Source: Candidatus Hermodarchaeota archaeon (GTDB taxonomy: Archaea > Asgardarchaeota > Lokiarchaeia > Sigyniarchaeales > SOKP01). From it: 64,000 nt of DNA. The number at the start of each line of letters is the position of its first letter. Within the stretch, counting starts at the first letter, position 1. Positions 57,359 to 64,000 of this stretch are shown here, piece by piece. The DNA lies in NCBI GenBank assembly GCA_048885535.1, contig JBHLLO010000008.1:6403-70402 (forward strand), written 5' to 3'. The notes under the pieces were generated by a model that saw only the letters and a program-made list of their open reading frames with translations, did no database searches and had not been told where the DNA came from. Both the position numbers and the translations under genes were made by a program.

Positions 57359-58798
57359 TTATGGAATTCTAGTCTTCTTCTCGTAGCGCATTCTACTTTC
57401 TTGGGATAATGGATTTTCGTTCAGGAAAATAAAGTTCAAGTTTTCTAAATTATGAATATCACTAATACTAAACTCTGAAATGCGATTATTTTCTAAAAAA
57501 AGAATTATTAAACTTTTAAGATTATCCAATCCTTCTAATTTAGTTATAAAGTTTTTGTCTAAAAACAACTCTTGGAGTTTAGAAAGAGTGTTTAATCCTT
57601 CAATTTTTTTAATTTTATTGTTAGAGAGCTCTAATTTTGTTAAGTTTGTTAAATTATGCAAGTTTTCAATTCTCTCAATTAAATTGTTCGAAAGGTTTAA
57701 TGTCCTTAATTCTTTTAAATTGATCAAACTGCGAATTTGTTTGATAGAATTATCATTTAGGCGAAGTGATATTAGATTTATAAGATACTCAAATTGAGAC
57801 ATTTCCTCTATTTTATTATCAGATAAATTCAAACTCTTTAAATTATATAATTTTTTTAGATTATCAACTTTTATAATAGTGTTATAACTAAGATTTAAAA
57901 ACTCAAGATTCGTTAAATCTTCTAAATTTTCTATTTTACTGATTATATTATGGTCTAAAGAAAGCTTTTTTATATTTTTTATTCTCAAGTTTTCAATTTT
58001 TTTAATTCGATTCATTGATAACTTCAATTCTTCCAGCTGCTCCAAATTTTCTAAATTTTCAATTTTTTGGATTTGATTCTCTGATAAATCAAGAACTTTT
58101 AGACTTTTTAAATGATTTATGTTTTCTATTTTAAAGATTTCATTTTTTCGAAGTCTTAAATGTTCTAATCTTGTTAATCTGCTGAAAGCAGGGATCTTTG
58201 CTATCTCTTTAAGATTGAAACCCTCACAATTTAAAAGAATTATCATTCCATCTTTTAATACTACATTATAACCGCATTCATTCCTATAAAAAAGAAAAAG
58301 AATTATATTAACACAAATTTCTAATTGTAATTCTGGAATTGAAGAATTATATTCATCATTAAAAATCTCTTCAGGAAAATCCTTTCTTAAGGCTTTAAAA
58401 TGTTTTTTTATTGCTTTTTTTAAAAACTCCTTAATTATTTTGTGAGACTTAATAGATCCCAGTGAGTTTAATATCTCTAACGCCGCAAATTTTTGCTCAA
58501 TATTCTTTGCATTAAATAGAGTGAATTCCATAAGTGGAATTAATCTTGAATGATAATGATATCCTTCTTGCAAGAACTTGCCGGCTAATAAACAGATTTC
58601 AATATCTTCATCTGATAAAAAAAGTTGTTCAAAAAACTTGAAATTTTTCCCATTATCCAGCTGACCATAAACTTGTAAAGCATGCTTCCTCAGATAAGGG
58701 TCATTAGAATTATTTATCCAACCTTTAAGAAGAGTATATCCCTCTTTTAATCCTATCTCATTGATATTTTCCTTAATATAATAAGGATTTAAATCCAT
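57359..58798 (-). CDS. leucine-rich-repeat protein (about 12 SDS22-like 22-residue LRRs) with N-terminal HEAT-like region
   Basis: Tandem units fit LxxLxxLxLsxNxIxkIENLxx from about residue 208 to the C-terminus. Confidence 0.85.
   Translation of the reverse strand: MDLNPYYIKENINEIGLKEGYTLLKGWINNSNDPYLRKHALQVYGQLDNGKNFKFFEQLFLSDEDIEICLLAGKFLQEGYHYHSRLIPLMEFTLFNAKNIEQKFAALEILNSLGSIKSHKIIKEFLKKAIKKHFKALRKDFPEEIFNDEYNSSIPELQLEICVNIILFLFYRNECGYNVVLKDGMIILLNCEGFNLKEIAKIPAFSRLTRLEHLRLRKNEIFKIENINHLKSLKVLDLSENQIQKIENLENLEQLEELKLSMNRIKKIENLRIKNIKKLSLDHNIISKIENLEDLTNLEFLNLSYNTIIKVDNLKKLYNLKSLNLSDNKIEEMSQFEYLINLISLRLNDNSIKQIRSLINLKELRTLNLSNNLIERIENLHNLTNLTKLELSNNKIKKIEGLNTLSKLQELFLDKNFITKLEGLDNLKSLIILFLENNRISEFSISDIHNLENLNFIFLNENPLSQESRMRYEKKTRIP
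57400..58177 (-). repeat. about 66-bp periodic coding repeats (LRR units)
   Basis: About 12 consecutive 22-codon units are visible in the translation. Confidence 0.8.
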
Positions 58799-59299
58799 AT
58801 TTAAACATTTTATGTATTTACTAAATTGAAGGTTTTAAAAAATTTGAATTTACCTTCGAAAAATAGCCAATGAATGAATTAACCCGAAGTAAAACGCAAT
58901 ATAAAGAAACAGCGAAATCATTTTAAAATTTTATTGTGAGCAAAAAAGAATAAATTTTTGCTTTCAAAAATCGACTATTTGTGATCATGATATTAAAATA
59001 AAAAAAAGTGAAAAACATGTAATTTCCATCAAAACTCTTCGACTTTATAATTCAAATTACCCTTCTTTATAAACAAATTAGAAGAATTTCTTTTGCATAT
59101 CGCACGTTTAATTTTTGGTTTAAAAAAATTTATAAAGGCGAAATTTATTATATTTGTAATTTTAATTTGTTATAATTTATCGATATTATTATACATAAAA
59201 AAAAATATAATATAGATAAAAATATAAAAACAAAAATTTCTATTTGGATTATAATCAAAAATAAAATCTAAAAAAATATAAATAATAAGGCTGAAAAAT

Positions 59300-60445
59300 A
59301 TGGCAGAAGAAGAGAGTTTTTTAAACGCAAAAGCCTTAGTTGTTGACAATGGTACAGGTATTTCCAAAAATGGTTTTGCCGGGGAAGATCAACCACGTTC
59401 AGTTTTTCCAACATTGATTGGATATCCTAAATATGAGTCCATAATGACTGATGTAGAGCATTACACTCGAGAATATTATATTGGAGAAGAAGCTATGCAA
59501 CTTAAGGGAGTGCTTAAATTAATGTTCCCTGTTGAGCATGGCATCATCGAAGATTGGACTGCTATGGAAAAAATCTGGCATTATACATTCTATACCGATC
59601 TGAGAATTGATCCTAGCGAACACCCAGTTCTCCTTACAGAAGCTCCATTAAATCCAAGACCAAATAGGGAAAAAATGGCTGAGATTATGTTTGAGACATT
59701 CAACGTGCCAGCCTTGTATGTAGCAATGCAAGCAGTACTTTCCCTTTATGCTTCTGGTCGTACTACTGGGTGTGTTATAGATATTGGTGATGGAGTTTCT
59801 CACGTCGTCCCAATTTTCGAAGGATTTGCTTTAAGTCATGCCATCCAAAGAATTGACTTAGCTGGTAGAGACATTACTACATATTTACAAAGATTACTCA
59901 GACAAAAGGGGTATTCATTCACCACTTCAGCAGAGAAAGAAATAGTTCGTGACATTAAAGAAAAACTCTGCTATGTAGCAATTGATCCTGAAAAGGAAAT
60001 GATGTTATCGAAGAAAGTGGCTGGAATGGAAAAAAGTTATATGCTTCCTGATGGAGAAACTATTAATGTGGGTGTTGAAAGATTCCTAGCACCTGAATGT
60101 TTCTTCAATCCATCTGTAATTGGAAAGGAATTGGAACCTTTAGATGATGTAATCGTAGGTTCTATTTCAGAATGCGATGTTGATCTTAGACGAGACCTCT
60201 ATAGCAACATTGTACTTTCTGGTGGTTCAACAATGTTCCCAGGAATTAAAGAACGCTTAACTAAAGAAATCAAAGAACAAATTCCTGAGAGTGTTGATGT
60301 AAAAATTATTGCTCCACCAGAGCGTATGTATTCTGTTTGGATTGGTGGTTCGATTCTAAGCTCACTCAAGACATTCCACCGCATGTGGGTCACTCGTAGA
60401 GAATACAAAGAGATGGGCCCCCAAGTAATTCACCGATGCTTCTAA
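59300..60445 (+). CDS. actin (Asgard 'lokiactin'-type, close to eukaryotic actin)
   Basis: It is colinear with eukaryotic actin over its full length. Long identical runs include [39 protein letters not shown] and [17 protein letters not shown]. It ends ...VIHRCF. Confidence 0.95.
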   Translation: MAEEESFLNAKALVVDNGTGISKNGFAGEDQPRSVFPTLIGYPKYESIMTDVEHYTREYYIGEEAMQLKGVLKLMFPVEHGIIEDWTAMEKIWHYTFYTDLRIDPSEHPVLLTEAPLNPRPNREKMAEIMFETFNVPALYVAMQAVLSLYASGRTTGCVIDIGDGVSHVVPIFEGFALSHAIQRIDLAGRDITTYLQRLLRQKGYSFTTSAEKEIVRDIKEKLCYVAIDPEKEMMLSKKVAGMEKSYMLPDGETINVGVERFLAPECFFNPSVIGKELEPLDDVIVGSISECDVDLRRDLYSNIVLSGGSTMFPGIKERLTKEIKEQIPESVDVKIIAPPERMYSVWIGGSILSSLKTFHRMWVTRREYKEMGPQVIHRCF

Positions 60446-60470
60446 TGGGGTAATATCCCACATTTTTTTT
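60446..60470 (+). terminator. hairpin plus T8 tract downstream of actin
   Basis: UGGG-GUAAUAU-CCCA stem-loop (60446-60460) followed by CA and eight T (60463-60470). Oligo-T tracts act as archaeal terminators. Confidence 0.4.
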
Positions 60471-60710
60471 GAAAAATTTTTTATTTTCCTTTTTTTTATT
60501 GTTTATTAAAAAGCCTTAAAACATTCTCTTTATTATCTTTACAAAGCAAAAAAATTATAGTCTGAAATGGTCTATTCTCTTCAATGTTTATGGAAAGTTT
60601 TAATTTAGATGATTGGATCTTATTTTTTATTAAGAGTTTCAAATATTTTGAATTTAAAGAAGGTTTAATATCTAGAATTAAAAATTTAAGCAAAAAGGAG
60701 ATTAGAGTAC

Positions 60711-61685
60711 ATGCCTGAGAGTGGAACAATATTATATGACTTGAATAAGGTATTTATTCCTTGTCGAACAGTTTTAGAAATGGAAGCACTTACAGCATTA
60801 TTTCTTGAATATTATAATTATGATGAAATAAAAGAATTACCAAAAAGTCAACCCTCAAGTCAAAAACTTATAGAGTTTTATAGAGTAATTGATTGCAGAC
60901 CTTTAGAACGAATAATAGAATATTTTATTGATGTTGTAGTGAGTAAATTAAAGCCTATTGTAATGTATGAGAGAGATCATCATGATAGATTTCGAATGGG
61001 AAATGTTGTCGCCTACACACAGACGCGTGTTTGTCTGTATTTAGCATTACATAGATTAAAGTTGAAATTTTTACTTATAAAAAATTTTATGGATAAGTTT
61101 AAGGCAAAAAATTACAAACTAGATCTTTCTGAAGATCAAAAAGGATTAAGTGCCCATCATTTTCTTTCTGCATTTTATAAAGAATATTACGATAAAAACA
61201 AAATGAATCTCAAATTGATGCTTTCTACTAAGCGTGTTTCTGAAAGAGTAAGCGAACTGATGGACACCTCACAAACAATAACCAATGAAGATATAATAAA
61301 TGCTATAACCTTCAAAAAATTTTTAGATGATAAAAATAGGATTAAATTCATCATGAGGGAAATTAAAGCATCTTTATTTGTATGTAAAATAATGTTTGCT
61401 AAAATGGATGTTTTCACACCTTTTACTGTTGCAAAAGAAACAATGATAGATGCTGAGGAAATTATGATAAATCAGGATTTTATCCCCGCATTAATTCCTG
61501 CTATGTCAAATTGCATTGCTGAGAGCAATTTACCACAATTAGAGGACTGTTTTAGGGCTTTTGAATTTATGATGAATAGAGTATTAGAAGGGATAAATAA
61601 TGCTGTGGAAATTGCATCTGGAGGCCAAATAAACCTTGAGTTAGATGGTACAATCTATAATACTGGAAACATTTTTCAATTTTAA
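60711..61685 (+). CDS. hypothetical helical protein, no recognisable domain
   Basis: 324-aa ORF, co-oriented with actin and 265 nt downstream of it. Confidence 0.5.
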   Translation: MPESGTILYDLNKVFIPCRTVLEMEALTALFLEYYNYDEIKELPKSQPSSQKLIEFYRVIDCRPLERIIEYFIDVVVSKLKPIVMYERDHHDRFRMGNVVAYTQTRVCLYLALHRLKLKFLLIKNFMDKFKAKNYKLDLSEDQKGLSAHHFLSAFYKEYYDKNKMNLKLMLSTKRVSERVSELMDTSQTITNEDIINAITFKKFLDDKNRIKFIMREIKASLFVCKIMFAKMDVFTPFTVAKETMIDAEEIMINQDFIPALIPAMSNCIAESNLPQLEDCFRAFEFMMNRVLEGINNAVEIASGGQINLELDGTIYNTGNIFQF

Positions 61686-61687
61686 AA

Positions 61688-62116
61688 TTATTTTATAACA
61701 TCAGTTATAAAGCAGGTTTCTACAATTTTGATTCCATTGATCTGAGAGATTTTTTCTTCAATTAGAGGATTTATATCTTCAATTGATGCTAACTCCACTT
61801 TCAATAAAAGACCACAATCTCCACTCAACCTCCAAATATTTGTGATTTCTTCAACTTTATCTAAATCCCTTAAAATGTCTTTAATAATTTTCAAATCAGG
61901 AATGATTTTAACTGTTGCAAATGTTTTGGGTTTATTTTTTATGCTATAATCAATAGTAAATTTTGTGATTATACCGTTTTCTATCAATTTTTGTACTCTT
62001 CGTCTTACAGTAGCTTCCGTCTTTCCTACTTTTTGAGATATCTCATTATAGGATATTCTACTATTAGCTTTTAGTATTTCTAAGATTGTTTTGTCGATTT
62101 CATCTATGCTACTCAT
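61688..62116 (-). CDS. Lrp/AsnC-family transcriptional regulator
   Basis: N-terminal HTH (DKTILEILKANSRISYNEISQKVGKTEATVRRRV) plus a C-terminal RAM-like domain. Confidence 0.85.
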   Translation of the reverse strand: MSSIDEIDKTILEILKANSRISYNEISQKVGKTEATVRRRVQKLIENGIITKFTIDYSIKNKPKTFATVKIIPDLKIIKDILRDLDKVEEITNIWRLSGDCGLLLKVELASIEDINPLIEEKISQINGIKIVETCFITDVIK

Positions 62117-62251
62117 CTCTATTACCCAATAATTTTTTAAAGATATAAAGTATCGATTTTTGTGATTTAAATAAAGGAAATTTGATATAAATTTTTGGTT
62201 TGTAATTCAAACTAAAAAACAATAAAGAAAAAAGATATTAATTGAAAGAAT

Positions 62252-63367
62252 TTACTGAGAGCGCTCTTTTAAGGCCTTTAGGTATCTATCGTATTTCCTT
62301 TTACCAAAACTTATAACTTTTGCTAACATCTCTGATTTCTTAACTGATGTATTGAATTCAGGGGTTTCTTTTATATATCCATCTTTCAAAGCAGTATTAT
62401 ATAACTTTTCACCAACTTTTGTCCTGATTACTGCCGTTGTATATCCATCTTTAGAACCTAAGCCCCCAAAAGAAATATCAGCATAAACATTGGAAAAATC
62501 ACGGCAAGCAAAGCATGCTGGTCTAGCAAACTCATGAATACCCTTAAAATCTATGTACTTTATTTGATTATTTTTGAGCTCAATAATCAAATTTTCCTTT
62601 ATGTTTAAATTCTCTACATCATTAAATGAAAAACCAAATCTTTCTTCTAATCTTTTACGAGCTTTTACATCAAAGGAGAAATTCAAGTTACAAAATAACC
62701 CTAAGGTGTATTTTATAATATGGGCTGGAAGGATGCTTAGTTCTTGCATCTTTCTGATAGACATAATTTGACACGGTGTACCCACAACTGCAATATTCAT
62801 TGCATCTGAAGCCACAACAGATTTTAATTTCGTAATTGTAGGAACAAATGAATTATATTTCTCTAAACTTACAACCCCATGGGATATATCGTAATGAGAG
62901 CCTGCAGCTTCTATTAATTCTTCCTTTGTGGTAGCAAAGAAGGGATATCGATTAAATGGGCCCTCTTTTTTTGATACAATAGCTCCATTTATTAGATTTT
63001 TTTCCAATAAGTATATTAATATTGCTGTTATGACCCCTCCATCTGTAGCTTTATCCCTTATTTCTTGTGAATTTGCTTGTGCGGAGGTAATTTTAATCCA
63101 ATTCCCAATTGACGTCTTATATTTATATTTCTTATTTAATTGCTCATCTAGTACATGTGTTTGAGGACACACTAGGTAACAAATCCCGCATTTTAAACAG
63201 TTGTCTTTATTGTAATATCGTGGAGGACCCTTTTCTGGCATTTCGATTGCCTTTATATCATGAGCAGAACAAAAACTGACACATCCACCACATTCTCCAC
63301 AAATTCCAGGTTCATGAACATCTTTTATTAAATCTTCAAAAGATTTAGGAATAACTTCTTCAACCAT
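62252..63367 (-). CDS. FrhB/FdhB-family flavoprotein (coenzyme F420 hydrogenase/dehydrogenase beta-subunit family) with N-terminal 2x[4Fe-4S] domain
   Basis: CGECGGCVSFC and CLKCGICYLVCP clusters, then FrhB-like N and C domains (ATDGGVITA..., GTPCQI..., CFACRDF...). Confidence 0.7.
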   Translation of the reverse strand: MVEEVIPKSFEDLIKDVHEPGICGECGGCVSFCSAHDIKAIEMPEKGPPRYYNKDNCLKCGICYLVCPQTHVLDEQLNKKYKYKTSIGNWIKITSAQANSQEIRDKATDGGVITAILIYLLEKNLINGAIVSKKEGPFNRYPFFATTKEELIEAAGSHYDISHGVVSLEKYNSFVPTITKLKSVVASDAMNIAVVGTPCQIMSIRKMQELSILPAHIIKYTLGLFCNLNFSFDVKARKRLEERFGFSFNDVENLNIKENLIIELKNNQIKYIDFKGIHEFARPACFACRDFSNVYADISFGGLGSKDGYTTAVIRTKVGEKLYNTALKDGYIKETPEFNTSVKKSEMLAKVISFGKRKYDRYLKALKERSQ

Positions 63368-63400
63368 TTTTTTTCCCTTTATATTTATTTCATTATTAAT

Positions 63401-64000
63401 TTAATATTCATTTGGCATTTTCTTTAGCTCTGCTAATGAAAATACTGGACCATCAACACAAACAAATTTACTACCGATATTACACCTTCCACATTTACCA
63501 ATTCCACATTTCATTCTCATTTCTAATGAGTTTAATATCTGTTCATCTTTAAATTCCAATTCTTCAAGTACAGCGATGGTCGTCTTAATCATAATAGGAG
63601 GACCGCATACAACAGCAACTGCATTGTTAGAAGAAGGACCAACTTCTTTAACTACGGGAGCAACAAATCCAACTTTATCCTTCCATCCTTCTTCCTCACG
63701 GTCAATTGTTAATATTACCTTAATATCATCTCTTTTTTTCCAATCTTCTAAATCTTCTTGATAGAGAACTTCTCCAGAATCACGATTCCCATATATAACA
63801 GTGATATCTTTGTAGTCCTTTCTATATTTTTCATCCAATATATATATTACTAGTGATCGTAAGGTTGAAAATGCAAATCCACCACCAATAATTATAATAT
63901 TTTTTCCTTTCATATCTTCAATTGGCCAACCATTACCACATGGACCTCTCAATCCCACAGTATCACCAATATCACAATTATGTAGCGCTGTGGTCACAGT
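63401..64000 (-). CDS. FAD/NAD(P)-binding oxidoreductase with C-terminal [2Fe-2S] motif (PyrK/HydG/AsrB-like), N-terminus outside window
   Basis: IIGGGFAFSTLRS, VCGPPIM and C-terminal CGIGKCGRC...C motifs. The frame is open to the window edge. Confidence 0.7.
   Translation of the reverse strand, partial: TVTTALHNCDIGDTVGLRGPCGNGWPIEDMKGKNIIIIGGGFAFSTLRSLVIYILDEKYRKDYKDITVIYGNRDSGEVLYQEDLEDWKKRDDIKVILTIDREEEGWKDKVGFVAPVVKEVGPSSNNAVAVVCGPPIMIKTTIAVLEELEFKDEQILNSLEMRMKCGIGKCGRCNIGSKFVCVDGPVFSLAELKKMPNEY

Noticed and set aside
59170-59367. A 65-aa ORF overlaps the actin start, and a 77-aa ORF at 60496-60729 lies downstream of actin.
   Set aside because: Both are Ile/Phe/Lys/Asn-rich translations of AT-rich spacer. 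They have no start context and overlap better-supported features.
1-64000. I searched for CRISPR arrays, rRNA genes, transposases/integrases, prophage or toxin-antitoxin/defence islands.
   Set aside because: I found no regularly spaced direct repeats, no rRNA-like GC-rich segments and no recognisable transposase, integrase or Cas motifs in any ORF. The only repeats found are the LRR coding repeats, the paralogue upstream duplication and one short inverted repeat.

Overview
This strongly AT-rich window (about one-third G+C by eye, not computed) is densely packed with about 70 genes and has no rRNA, CRISPR array or recognisable mobile element. The informational genes are archaeal: aIF5A, SRP54, RpoK, FEN1, Hef, Cdc48, Nob1, prefoldin beta, KEOPS/t6A components and a Y-family polymerase. 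Several eukaryote-signature genes sit among them: a bona fide actin (about 60% identical to eukaryotic actin by eye), a Rab-like small GTPase, Roadblock/LC7 and longin-like proteins, and an SDS22-type LRR protein. Together these point to an Asgard (Loki/Promethearchaeia-like) archaeon. Metabolic content includes porGDAB, an ECF transporter module, PPi-phosphofructokinase, purB/purM, nadC, pyrC, NAD kinase, TldD/PmbA, and an accessory sugar/polyol island at about 28-39 kb with two unusual domain fusions.

Two observations stand out.

1. The tRNA-Val(CAC) gene at 55691-55857 is 167 nt long. It only folds into a 73-nt cloverleaf after removing three 30-32 nt introns at non-canonical positions. 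Each intron is flanked by a bulge-helix-bulge (BHB) motif.
2. The PPi-PFK gene is split inside its conserved GGGDCPG motif by a 31-nt, relatively GC-rich insert at 10063-10093. This insert has the same BHB geometry and cleavage register. Its exact removal restores both the reading frame and the motif, so it is a candidate mRNA intron processed by the tRNA splicing endonuclease.

All calls rest on by-eye motif recognition and hand folding. No database search or computation was run.
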